From assembly GCA_001595915.1 (NCBI GenBank), contig LSSG01000053.1, forward strand, positions 3,416 to 67,415: 64,000 nucleotides of DNA. Direction: 5' to 3'. The translations under genes were made by a program, and so were the position numbers. This stretch comes from Thermoplasmatales archaeon SG8-52-3 (GTDB lineage: Archaea; Thermoplasmatota; E2; DHVEG-1). Positions 1-9,688 of the stretch are shown one piece after another (the first letter of the stretch is position 1; the number at the start of each line of letters is the position of its first letter). A model generated the notes under the pieces. It saw only the letters and a list, made by a program, of their open reading frames with translations. It did not search any database and had not been told where the DNA came from.

Positions 1-1
1 T

Positions 2-583
2 ATCATAAGTATTTTTGTTTAAGGCTGAAAATAACTTTTTTTTATCCTCTTTATAAATTTTGATAATATTTTCTTTAAATTTGGTATCGTTTCCATACAT
101 AGCCATTTGAAATTCGTATTTTCTTTTAGGATTATTTACGATTCTTCCATAACTTGGTATGCCATTTGTCCAAGGTTTTTGAAAAAATTGGAAAATATTT
201 GTTTCATTTCTATCTACTATATAATTAGCAGTTTTTACAAAAAGATCACCTCCGAACAAAGGTGCAAAAATATTATACCAAATCCATAAATCAAGAAACG
301 GAGGTAGTATATTACCTATTTTTGCCCACCATTTCTGTTTAGTGTTAATTCCTAAACCAGAAATTTGAGCTTGCTTAACCCACATTTCCATAATTTCATC
401 GTTAATTTTTCCAGTTAACATGCTTCCCCAAATTGGAGGAGTGACAATTACTTTATAATCAGATAAATCTAATTTAGAATGTTTTTTTTGCATTATATTT
501 TGGAGTTTCCATTTTTTAACTAAAGAAAATTCAAGGCCATCTATTCCAAATACAATTATTTTTGGATAATAAGATTTTTTCAT
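2..583 (-). CDS. Alkaline phosphatase superfamily / type I phosphodiesterase-like protein (runs off the left edge; not in ORF track)
   Basis: Manual translation from ATG at 583: MKKSYYPKIIVFGIDGLEFSLVKKW...VTPPIWGSMLTG. The (I/V)xGxDG and TxPxWxSxxTG motifs fit this family. No stop in the stretches translated at either end. Confidence 0.7.
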   Translation of the reverse strand, partial: MKKSYYPKIIVFGIDGLEFSLVKKWKLQNIMQKKHSKLDLSDYKVIVTPPIWGSMLTGKINDEIMEMWVKQAQISGLGINTKQKWWAKIGNILPPFLDLWIWYNIFAPLFGGDLFVKTANYIVDRNETNIFQFFQKPWTNGIPSYGRIVNNPKRKYEFQMAMYGNDTKFKENIIKIYKEDKKKLFSALNKNTYD

Positions 584-677
584 TTTTTTATTCCTTTTTT
601 AAAAAATAATCATTTAATTTTAACTTAAAAGTTTAATCATTAATTGAAAAAATTTGATTTCTTTTTTGATTAAAATG

Positions 678-1973
678 TTATTTTACAATTCTTTTAAAAT
701 TTATTTTAAACTTAAATTTAGGATATATATCAAATTTAATATCAATTTTTTTTCTAAAATAATGTGAATCAAAACTTGATAATAAACCCAATTTATTTTT
801 TGTTTTTTCAAAATTGATTTTTAAGGAATTATATCCAATAGGTTTTAACAATCTATGAGATTCAATTTTGGAAAATCCTTTAAGAATAATTTTCTTTTTA
901 CAATCATTATAATAACCAGATATTTTACAAGGTACTTCAGATATTAAAAAACCAAGTAGATTTTTTTCAATAGTTGCTTCAGTTATATCTTCAGAACTTT
1001 CAGAAAGATTTTTTATGTTCAAAAAAAGAGTTTCATTTTCTTTTTTTGCAATAATTTGAAGTTCAATTGGATAATAAAAATCATATTTCTTTAAATATTT
1101 CATTTTTTTGTATTTGAATTGTATATTACTAAATTCAGTATAATTTTTTCCATCCTTTGAAAAAATCAAAATTCCAGTCCCAATTCCATCCATAATCCAA
1201 AACATCATATTTCCAAAAAAAATGCTCCATTCATTATCTAAAACAGCCCAAATCCAATCATATCCTGGAGGTCTATTATTGGTGCTAAACGTTATTGAAT
1301 TAGGAATTTTTAAATCCTGATTACGTAACCAATTTAAAATTAGTTTAAGATAAGTAGAAATTGTTTTTTTTAAAGATACTTTAGAAGAAAAAATAGAAAT
1401 ATATGAAAAATTTCCCCAAATATGTTCAAAATATCCTTTCCCTTCTAAGGTAAACTTGTTATTATTTATTTTAATATATCCCAATATTTTATTTTTTGGA
1501 ATAAAACCATATTCAAAATATCCTAAATTCCATGGAAGTGATCCATTTGTTATTTTTTGAGCAACCCAGTAAGGTAATGAATTTGAATGGAATTTTAAAT
1601 TTAAGTTTATATTATTGTCTAAATCAAAAAAATACATTTTGTAATTAGGATAAGATCCAGTAATATACGATTTCTCATATTTAATATTAAAAAATTCTTT
1701 TTCTGTATCTAACTTATTTTTATCTTTCAATGAACTGTATTTATAAATTTTATTATTATCTAAATCAAAAATAGATATTGAATATGATGTCCATAATGTT
1801 TTATCCCTACCAATACCCTGAAAAATTGTTGATTTAAAACAAAAATTTTTATTGTTTTCAATTGTTTTAAAAAATCCTTCTGCACACCACCATTCTTTTG
1901 TACAAGGATAATATTCTTTTTCGAATTTTTTAGCCAAATTAAATTTCTTTTCTTTTAACATTGGCATAACCAC
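678..1973 (-). CDS. Hypothetical beta-barrel protein, CrtC/AttH/tocopherol-cyclase-like
   Basis: EWW near the N-terminus, GxGYFEHxWG and YDW motifs, as seen in AttH/CrtC/tocopherol cyclase folds. Confidence 0.45.
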   Translation of the reverse strand: MVMPMLKEKKFNLAKKFEKEYYPCTKEWWCAEGFFKTIENNKNFCFKSTIFQGIGRDKTLWTSYSISIFDLDNNKIYKYSSLKDKNKLDTEKEFFNIKYEKSYITGSYPNYKMYFFDLDNNINLNLKFHSNSLPYWVAQKITNGSLPWNLGYFEYGFIPKNKILGYIKINNNKFTLEGKGYFEHIWGNFSYISIFSSKVSLKKTISTYLKLILNWLRNQDLKIPNSITFSTNNRPPGYDWIWAVLDNEWSIFFGNMMFWIMDGIGTGILIFSKDGKNYTEFSNIQFKYKKMKYLKKYDFYYPIELQIIAKKENETLFLNIKNLSESSEDITEATIEKNLLGFLISEVPCKISGYYNDCKKKIILKGFSKIESHRLLKPIGYNSLKINFEKTKNKLGLLSSFDSHYFRKKIDIKFDIYPKFKFKINFKRIVK

Positions 1974-2042
1974 AGATTTTCAATTTGGACAGTTTTTCTA
2001 CTAATTTTAACTTTTAAATATTTTTTATAGATATGATAATCA

Positions 2043-3173
2043 CTAATATTCTGAAACATATTTTGCTATATTTACCCCATTAGTAATCCATGCTTTTTTC
2101 TCACAACAATATTTTAAGATTTTTTCATATAATTTAGTCCATTCTGAATCAAATAACCCTGCATAAGAAACTGGATAAGAAAAAGTCCAATTATGCCAAA
2201 GAATTGTTAAAACACCATTTAATTTTTCAATATTATCTATTAATTTTTTTAATAAAATCCAAGCTTCTTTTACACCAATTTTCATATATGAAAACATGGT
2301 AATATCTGCAACACAAACTGGAATTTCTAAAATATCAATTTTTTTATTTTGATTTAAATCATATGGAAAAAAAGGATGACACATTCCATTTCTGAAACCT
2401 ATCATGTCATAATATCCATAACTTGAATCATAAAAAAATCCTGCTTGATTTAATATTTCCCAAGTTCTTGGAATTTTAAATCTTAATATATGATTTCTAA
2501 CCCCAATAACTCTTTTTTTAGTAATTTTTTCTAACTTTTTTTTCTCTTTTTTTATTTTTTCTAAATCATCAAAACTATAAAATCCAGTATGGAGTCCAAT
2601 TTCACAATTATTGTCTATTATATCTAATATTTCATCCTGAATTTCATCTATGTGATATTTTTTACCAAAAATATCTTGCTGAGTTGCAAGAAAAAAGAAT
2701 GTTGAAATAGCATTGTATTTTTCTTCAAGATTGATAATTTTTTTAAAATTAATGTAAGGTTTTTCTTTTTTTAAATATGAAAAAATAAATTTTTTAGTAC
2801 CAAAATAATCCCTATGAAAGGGATAAGGAATAATTGAACGGAATAATTGTTTACCTGTAATATTTATGTCATCAACGTCATGGGATAAAAAAACTGCAAA
2901 TTTTTTTCCATCTTCATATTCAAAATTAAATCCTTTTTTAATTAAATATTCTGAAACAATTGGAATTAATACATTCTTTTGTTTTGTTAATTTATAAGAT
3001 AAAATATCATTTTTTATTGATTCACTTATCCTATATTCTTCTTTTTTTAAAAAAAGATTCCATATATCTTTGTCTTTTTTTAGTTCATTATGTATATAAT
3101 TCCAGTTTGGCTTTGAATTAGAATGTGAAGCCATCAAATTAGTAATATAACACATAATCAAATATTCTTTCAT
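2043..3173 (-). CDS. Polysaccharide deacetylase family (CE4/NodB-like)
   Basis: SHDVD, STFFF, EIGLH, GVRNHILRF, YDSSYG, GFRNG and LWHN motifs. Confidence 0.85.
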   Translation of the reverse strand: MKEYLIMCYITNLMASHSNSKPNWNYIHNELKKDKDIWNLFLKKEEYRISESIKNDILSYKLTKQKNVLIPIVSEYLIKKGFNFEYEDGKKFAVFLSHDVDDINITGKQLFRSIIPYPFHRDYFGTKKFIFSYLKKEKPYINFKKIINLEEKYNAISTFFFLATQQDIFGKKYHIDEIQDEILDIIDNNCEIGLHTGFYSFDDLEKIKKEKKKLEKITKKRVIGVRNHILRFKIPRTWEILNQAGFFYDSSYGYYDMIGFRNGMCHPFFPYDLNQNKKIDILEIPVCVADITMFSYMKIGVKEAWILLKKLIDNIEKLNGVLTILWHNWTFSYPVSYAGLFDSEWTKLYEKILKYCCEKKAWITNGVNIAKYVSEY

Positions 3174-3259
3174 TTTTAATTTTTAAAAATCAAAAAATAT
3201 TGTTTCAATAAATCTTTAATAAAAGTATAAATAACATTATCTAATTTTAAAGACAAAAA

Positions 3260-4486
3260 ATGAAAAAGTATTCTATATTAATAAAAAGTGCTCACTGGAC
3301 ATGTTTACCAAATTTAATTTTTTGTTCAATGTTATATCAATATTTTTTAAAAAATGGTCATAGAATAACAAAAGAACCAACAAAAGCAGATTTTATTATA
3401 ATTAGTACCTGTGGAGTATTGACACAAATCGAAGATAAAACTATTGATCTATACAATAATTATAAAAATTTGAAACGAAAAGATGCTCAAATAATTATGT
3501 TTGGTTGCCTTTTAAAAACTAATAAAGAAAAAATAAAAAATTTAGATTTTTATCATATTGAATTCGAAGAGACTTATAAACTAGATTTATTGTTTTATTC
3601 AAAAATTAAGTTTGAAAAAATAAAACCAATTTGTGATGAAGAAACTAAGACTAAATTGCTTTATAATGAAAAAACCCATGGTTTTGTAAAAAGATATCCA
3701 TTTTTTTTAACTAAAATGTTTTTTCCATTTTCAAAAAAACTTAAGTTAAAATATAAAATAATAATTAAAGATCTTACTCATAAAGATAGAATTTTTGTTT
3801 TAATTAGTAGAGGTTGTATTAGTAATTGTAATTATTGTGTTATTAAAAAAGCCAAAGGACGATTAGTATCTAGAACTATTAAAGACATTTTAAATGACAT
3901 AGAATCAATATATGATCCAAAGAAAACACTTTTTTTAGTAGCCGATGACTGTGGTTGTTATGGATTTGATTTAAAAACAAATTTAATAGACTTAGTATAC
4001 AAAATAAATAAAAAATTTCCAAAAACAAAAATTGACTTAAATTATCTCAATCCAACAATTTTACAAAATGATGCTGATAAATATGTACAGTTATTCAAAG
4101 ATATTTCTTTTAGATATGTTATAGTACCTTTACAAAGTGGATCCAATAAAATAATTAAAAAAATGAATCGTAAATATGATGTTAAAAAAGTTTTAGCTTT
4201 TGCTGATAAAATTAAGAAAATATCTCCAGATACAATTCTATATGCACATTTTATTATAAACTATCCAGAAGAAAACATAATAGATTTTTTAAAAACTTTA
4301 ATTACATTATTTCATTTCGATGTTCCATTACCATTTATTTATACTCCAATGAAAGGAACAAATAGTTTTTCTACAATAAAAATAGTTTCAAAAATAAAAG
4401 GTAGATTAAAATGGTATGTTTTTATGAGCATTTCCAATATAGTTATTTTATTTAAAACAATTAAATATCAAAAATTAGTTGAATGA
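3260..4486 (+). CDS. MiaB/MtaB-like radical SAM protein (UPF0004 N-domain), no evident TRAM domain
   Basis: N-terminal Cys motifs (TCLPN, ISTCG, FGCL); ISRGCISNCNYC; LQSGSNKIIKKMNRKY. Confidence 0.8.
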   Translation: MKKYSILIKSAHWTCLPNLIFCSMLYQYFLKNGHRITKEPTKADFIIISTCGVLTQIEDKTIDLYNNYKNLKRKDAQIIMFGCLLKTNKEKIKNLDFYHIEFEETYKLDLLFYSKIKFEKIKPICDEETKTKLLYNEKTHGFVKRYPFFLTKMFFPFSKKLKLKYKIIIKDLTHKDRIFVLISRGCISNCNYCVIKKAKGRLVSRTIKDILNDIESIYDPKKTLFLVADDCGCYGFDLKTNLIDLVYKINKKFPKTKIDLNYLNPTILQNDADKYVQLFKDISFRYVIVPLQSGSNKIIKKMNRKYDVKKVLAFADKIKKISPDTILYAHFIINYPEENIIDFLKTLITLFHFDVPLPFIYTPMKGTNSFSTIKIVSKIKGRLKWYVFMSISNIVILFKTIKYQKLVE

Positions 4487-4519
4487 CAATTAGTTAAAAA
4501 ATATAAAGTAGGTATTATC

Positions 4520-5110
4520 TTGCCGAATTTCCTAAATGATAGAGATTTAAAATTGAATATTTCAACATTAATAATATACAATAGTAAACCTTATTCTTTT
4601 TTTAAGAAAATTTCACCATGGTATTGGTTCATCCGCCCAATGACAAAATATTTACTAAATAATTATTCCAATAATAAACTAATTGGAGTTGAGATAGGAG
4701 TAGAATATGGTCTTAATGCAAAGACAATGCTAAAATTCCTTTCTATTGAGAAATTATTTTTGATTGATCCTTATAAAGATAAACTTGGAGATGAATGTTT
4801 TAAACAAACAAAAATTTTTTTAAGAAAATATAGTAATAAAATTATATTTATTAGAAAATCCTCTGAATCTGCAGTAAACGATATTCCAAATAATTTAGAT
4901 TTTGTTTATATTGATGGAAGCCATGAATATAAATTTGTAAAAAAGGATATTGAACTTTATTATGATAAAATAAAATCAGGTGGATTAATTGGAGGTCATG
5001 ATTTTTGGGCAGATCATATAGGAGTTTGTAAAGCAGTACTTGAATTTGCAAATGAAAATAAATTAAAAATTAATGGAAATTTAACAGATTGGTGGATTAT
5101 AAAAAAATAA
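4520..5110 (+). CDS. Class I SAM-dependent methyltransferase (Methyltransf_24-like)
   Basis: GVEIGV, LIDPY, DFVYIDGSHEY, GGLIGGHD. Confidence 0.85.
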   Translation: MPNFLNDRDLKLNISTLIIYNSKPYSFFKKISPWYWFIRPMTKYLLNNYSNNKLIGVEIGVEYGLNAKTMLKFLSIEKLFLIDPYKDKLGDECFKQTKIFLRKYSNKIIFIRKSSESAVNDIPNNLDFVYIDGSHEYKFVKKDIELYYDKIKSGGLIGGHDFWADHIGVCKAVLEFANENKLKINGNLTDWWIIKK

Positions 5111-5124
5111 TATAATGGCATATT

Positions 5125-6090
5125 ATGTTTGAACAAACATTTAGATTGTTAGATTTAGTAAAATTATATGGTTTTGCTACCATATATAAAAGACCATTAA
5201 GATATACTCATGAAATTACAAGAAGGTGTAATCTTTATTGTCCTAACTGTTATGTTTATAATTTTAACCCAGATTATAAAAATAAAACAAGATTAGAAAT
5301 ATTTGACGAAGTAAAAAAAAATGAGCTAACATTAGAAGACTATAAAAAAATTTTTCAAGAAGAAAAGAAAAAGGGTTGCAGATCAGTTTTTTTAATAGGT
5401 GGCGAACCGACTTTACGAATGGATATCATAAAAATTGCTTATGGATATTTTGGAAGAAATACATCTCTTATTACAAATGGTTTAATTAAAATTCCAACAA
5501 TTTTAAAGATTCCTTTTGCAGTTTCCATTGATGGTGGGAAAATAGTTCATGATGAAATTCGTGGAAATGGTACTTGGAATCGTATTTTTGAAAACTATTC
5601 AGATGATTATAGAGTGATGCTATCATGCTGTTTAAGAAAAAATACTGCAAATCAAATTCAAAAAGTAATTGATGAATGGATTGATACAGATGTTTTTGGA
5701 GTTTCATTTTTTTTCTTAACACCTTCAAAAAAAAATTCTTCTATTACAGTTATTGGAAACGAAAGAAATTATGCAAAAAAAGAATTACATAGGGTTGTTG
5801 ATGAATATCCGAATTTTGTTAGAATGACGCATCAACTAGTTGACCTTTTAGGTGAATTGAATAAAGGTCAATGTCCTGTTTTTAATTATTCATTATGGTA
5901 TGATTATAAAGGTGATTTAATTGATTATTGCCTACTTGGAAAAGATGCTGATTGTAATCTTTGTGGTTGTATTTCACCTCTTTATTTAAAAATGTTTTCA
6001 AGTTGGTGGAAATTATTAAATAAAAAATCCCTAGATATATTTACTCTACCTCGCGATATAAAACAATGTAGAAAGAGAGGACAAAAATAA
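5125..6090 (+). CDS. Radical SAM protein with C-terminal Cys cluster
   Basis: CNLYCPNC, GGEPTL, ITNG, VSIDG; C-terminal C...CxxxxxxDCxxCGC. Confidence 0.85.
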   Translation: MFEQTFRLLDLVKLYGFATIYKRPLRYTHEITRRCNLYCPNCYVYNFNPDYKNKTRLEIFDEVKKNELTLEDYKKIFQEEKKKGCRSVFLIGGEPTLRMDIIKIAYGYFGRNTSLITNGLIKIPTILKIPFAVSIDGGKIVHDEIRGNGTWNRIFENYSDDYRVMLSCCLRKNTANQIQKVIDEWIDTDVFGVSFFFLTPSKKNSSITVIGNERNYAKKELHRVVDEYPNFVRMTHQLVDLLGELNKGQCPVFNYSLWYDYKGDLIDYCLLGKDADCNLCGCISPLYLKMFSSWWKLLNKKSLDIFTLPRDIKQCRKRGQK

Positions 6091-6103
6091 TAGGAAATAG
6101 TTT

Positions 6104-7447
6104 ATGAAAATATTATTAATTTGGCCGAGAAAATCATCATTGCTTTTTGATAATTCAAATATGGTAAAAATTTTTTCTATGTTTCTTTCAAGAATGAGTT
6201 TCCGTCGAAAACCAATAGTTTATTCAATTTTATCTGCTCTTACTCCTAATCATCATACTATTGATATTGCTGAAGGAGAAATAAATGATATAAATTTTAA
6301 CAAGGTTTATGACTTAGTTGGAATAACAAGTGTTACATCAAATGCTATTTTGTCTTATGAGATTGCAGATAAATTTAGAAAGCATAAAATACCTGTAGTT
6401 ATTGGAGGCCTTCATCCTTCTGTTTATCCTGAGGAAGCAAAAAAACATGCAGATTCTGTTGTAATAGGCGATGCTGAAGAAATTTGGCCAAAATTATTAA
6501 AAGATTTAGAAAACAATAAATTAAAACCATTCTATTATCAAAATCGTGTTGTTAATCCTAAACTAATTCCTCCATCTAAAAATGTTTATAAAAAAGGAAC
6601 TGGAATAGGCATTCAAGCAACAAGAGGATGTCCACAGAAATGTGAATTTTGCTCTATTCCAAATACTAAATTTGGAAATATTTATACAAAAAGACCAATT
6701 GAAAATGTAATAGAAGATATCAATAAATGTGAAAGAAAAATCTTTATTTTTCAAGATAACTCTTTAACTGTTGATACAAATTATACAAAAAAACTTTTTA
6801 GCAAGCTTATTGGAATAAATAAGAAATTCCTAGCATATGGAAATATTGACATTTTAGGAAAAGATGAAGAACTTTTAAAATTAGCAAATGAAGCTGGTTG
6901 TGTAGGATGGTTGATTGGTTTTGAGTCTGTATCTCAAGCATCAATAGATAGTATTGGAAAAAAAACAAATATTGTTAAAAATTATTTATCTGCTGTAAAA
7001 AAAATACATGATTTTGGTATGATTATTGAGGCTTCATTTGTATTTGGATTTGATCATGATAAAAAAGATATTTTTAATAAAACAGATGAATTTATTAGAT
7101 TGAGTGAAATAGGAATTCCTTTTGGTTTAATACTTACACCATATCCTGGAACAATACTATATAATCGATTGGAAAGAGAAAAAAGGATATTAACAAAAGA
7201 TTGGGATAAATATGATGGACTAAATGCAGTATTTAAACCTAAACATATGAGTTCTGAAACGCTTTTAAATAATACTGAGGCTCTAAATTTAAAATGGCAT
7301 AAAGGTTTGAATAGTATTGAAAGAATTATAAAAAATATGAGTTTTGGGTTTTATCCATTTACTGAAACATTAGTTATAGAAATTTATTGGAAATTAATTT
7401 ATCAAAGAATTGGAAAATTAAGTAATTTATATAGTAAAATACTCTAA
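6104..7447 (+). CDS. B12-binding domain radical SAM protein
   Basis: DLVGIT, VVIGGLHPS (cobalamin-binding domain); TRGCPQKCEFC; IGFES; TPYPGT. Confidence 0.9.
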   Translation: MKILLIWPRKSSLLFDNSNMVKIFSMFLSRMSFRRKPIVYSILSALTPNHHTIDIAEGEINDINFNKVYDLVGITSVTSNAILSYEIADKFRKHKIPVVIGGLHPSVYPEEAKKHADSVVIGDAEEIWPKLLKDLENNKLKPFYYQNRVVNPKLIPPSKNVYKKGTGIGIQATRGCPQKCEFCSIPNTKFGNIYTKRPIENVIEDINKCERKIFIFQDNSLTVDTNYTKKLFSKLIGINKKFLAYGNIDILGKDEELLKLANEAGCVGWLIGFESVSQASIDSIGKKTNIVKNYLSAVKKIHDFGMIIEASFVFGFDHDKKDIFNKTDEFIRLSEIGIPFGLILTPYPGTILYNRLEREKRILTKDWDKYDGLNAVFKPKHMSSETLLNNTEALNLKWHKGLNSIERIIKNMSFGFYPFTETLVIEIYWKLIYQRIGKLSNLYSKIL

Positions 7448-7449
7448 AG

Positions 7450-8454
7450 ATGTCAAATACTGATAAAAAATCTGAAATAATTCAAAGCTTTAATAATTAC
7501 ATTTTTTCAAAAAAAACATTTGATATTAAAGATACAGTTTTAGTTGCTGGTTCCCCAAGGTCAGGAACAACATGGATTACTGAATTATTAGCATATTTAC
7601 CAAAATATACCTATATTTTTGAACCTTTAAACCCGGTATGGAATCCTGAAATATTTAAAATTGGATTTTCTTCAAGAATGTATATTTCAAAAAATACTAA
7701 ATGGAATGAAGGAAAAAATTATCTTCTAGATGTTTTTACTGGAAAAACATCAAATTTACCAATAAAGGGAAGTATATCGAAAAGCATTATACCTGGTTTT
7801 TCATTAAATAAATTCTTTCATTTTTTATTAGGAAATAAGCTTATTATAAAATCTACAAATATGAATAGAATGCTTTCATGGATTAACAATAATTTTCAAT
7901 TACGCGATATCGTTTTAATTATTAGACATCCATGTGCATGTATTGCTTCTCAGATGAAGTCAGGTCTTTATGGATATCGAACTAATAAATCTCCTTATAT
8001 AGATATTATACCTACAAAAGAAATAATTTTAGATGAAATTCAAAAAATTTCTGAATTAAATGATTCGTTAATTAAAAAGATTAAAAATATCGATAAAAAA
8101 GAAGAGATATTTGCTACTGCATGGTGTCTTGATAATTATTTTTTAATTTCTCAAAAAAATTTTTACCCATGGAAATTAATTTTTTATGAAAAATTAATAA
8201 AAAATTCTGATGAAGAAATTATTAATCTTTTTAAAAAAATTGGGGAGAAAAAAGTACCTAAAAATGTGTTTAAAAATTTAAAAAAGCCAAGTTCAGTAAC
8301 AATGAAAGAAGATAAGAAATATATTAATCATCCAAATAAACAATTATCAAAATGGAAAGATTATCTTTCAGAGAAACAAATAAAGAGAATATTAAATGTA
8401 TTATCTATCTTTGAAATCGATTTATATAATGAAAATCTTGAACCTAATTATTAA
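7450..8454 (+). CDS. Sulfotransferase family protein
   Basis: 5'-PSB loop GSPRSGTTW, FEP, 3'-PB IRHPxAxxxS, C-terminal KWK. Confidence 0.85.
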   Translation: MSNTDKKSEIIQSFNNYIFSKKTFDIKDTVLVAGSPRSGTTWITELLAYLPKYTYIFEPLNPVWNPEIFKIGFSSRMYISKNTKWNEGKNYLLDVFTGKTSNLPIKGSISKSIIPGFSLNKFFHFLLGNKLIIKSTNMNRMLSWINNNFQLRDIVLIIRHPCACIASQMKSGLYGYRTNKSPYIDIIPTKEIILDEIQKISELNDSLIKKIKNIDKKEEIFATAWCLDNYFLISQKNFYPWKLIFYEKLIKNSDEEIINLFKKIGEKKVPKNVFKNLKKPSSVTMKEDKKYINHPNKQLSKWKDYLSEKQIKRILNVLSIFEIDLYNENLEPNY

Positions 8455-8466
8455 ATAAAATATTAA

Positions 8467-9621
8467 CTATTTTTTTCTAATGTCCCCAACTTCAAAACCA
8501 CTATAAAATGTTGTTCTATCATTTTTTAATAGTTCAATTACCATATTCTTATCTTGATGAAATTCTAAAATATCTTTTGGTATGTATCTATCTTTTCTTG
8601 TTATTGAATAAAAAATTCTACTTTTATTTTTTCCGACTCTTATAATTTCTATTAAATTTTTTTTAAAATTTTTATCATCAATCCAATCAAAAATATTTGA
8701 AAGAAAAAATTTTGAAATTGAATTATCTTTAATTTCTTTTAAAGTATCAAATACTGATGCAGTTTTTATTTCTATTTTTTTAATTCTTTCTTTTAAAATC
8801 TTATAATTTTCTTGCTTTAAATAAGGGTAGTAATGGTTTTCATTTAATAAATATCCTAACAAAATTAATGATAAAAAAGAATTGTATTTTATTGGTATTT
8901 TTGTGTATATATCCTCAATTTTTTTTATATGATTTTTTGTAAAATTAACATTTTTAATATATCCTAAATAATCAGATTTTTTACGACCATGATAAAATTC
9001 AATTAAAAATCTAAAACATAATGATATCCTAATAAAATACTTATTATAGCCAAAAAAATGACCTAGTTGCCATGGCATACCATAGATATGTTTAAAAAAA
9101 TAGTCAGTTTGTTCCTTAATTGTTTCGCATAAAAAAAAATTTTTAATTAACTTTTCACCTTTTAAGAATCTTAAAAATAAACCAAAATTTTTAACATTTT
9201 GTTCTCCAACATTTAATAATCCTTTTTTAATTACAAAAGAATTTTTATCCCAAAAATTTCTAGCGTTTTTATTTAAATCTTTTTTTATAGAATTATAAAT
9301 TGATAAATTATTTTTTAAAGATTTTAAACCCATTAGTTTTAAAAAATCTAAATATTCAAGATTTTTTATTGCAGTTATTTTTAATTCTAATAAATAATTT
9401 TGAAAAGGATTAAAATCAACAGATATTATCTTTTTTGGATTATGTAAAAGTAAATTTAGAATGTTACAACCATTAGAAGTAATAGAAAATACTACATCAT
9501 TACTATTTATTTTGAGAGCTTTTTCAATTTGTAAAATATCTTCCCAACAATTGTAAAAATCTATCTTATTCATTATTTTTTGATCTGAAAAACTAAGTTT
9601 AGTGATATTTTTATCTTCCAT
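8467..9621 (-). CDS. DUF3419 / BtaA-like 3-amino-3-carboxypropyl transferase
   Basis: YNCWED, SITSNGCNxL, SVDFNPxQxYLLELK, LSNIFDW, C-terminal DR..FY. Start moved to ATG 9621 to leave a gap before the divergent GT4; the true start is uncertain. Confidence 0.8.
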   Translation of the reverse strand: MEDKNITKLSFSDQKIMNKIDFYNCWEDILQIEKALKINSNDVVFSITSNGCNILNLLLHNPKKIISVDFNPFQNYLLELKITAIKNLEYLDFLKLMGLKSLKNNLSIYNSIKKDLNKNARNFWDKNSFVIKKGLLNVGEQNVKNFGLFLRFLKGEKLIKNFFLCETIKEQTDYFFKHIYGMPWQLGHFFGYNKYFIRISLCFRFLIEFYHGRKKSDYLGYIKNVNFTKNHIKKIEDIYTKIPIKYNSFLSLILLGYLLNENHYYPYLKQENYKILKERIKKIEIKTASVFDTLKEIKDNSISKFFLSNIFDWIDDKNFKKNLIEIIRVGKNKSRIFYSITRKDRYIPKDILEFHQDKNMVIELLKNDRTTFYSGFEVGDIRKK

Positions 9622-9688
9622 TCCAATTTTAGAATCAATTTTTAATATAATATTTTTAAGCTTTGAAATATTCAAAAATTGTAAAATA

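Noticed and set aside
107..289. Track ORF 107-289 (+)
   Set aside because: Antisense shadow of the phosphodiesterase-like gene on the minus strand
9602..9688. Apparent head-to-head overlap of DUF3419 and GT4
   Set aside because: Artefact of longest-ORF starts; ATGs at 9621 (-) and 9689 (+) remove the overlap
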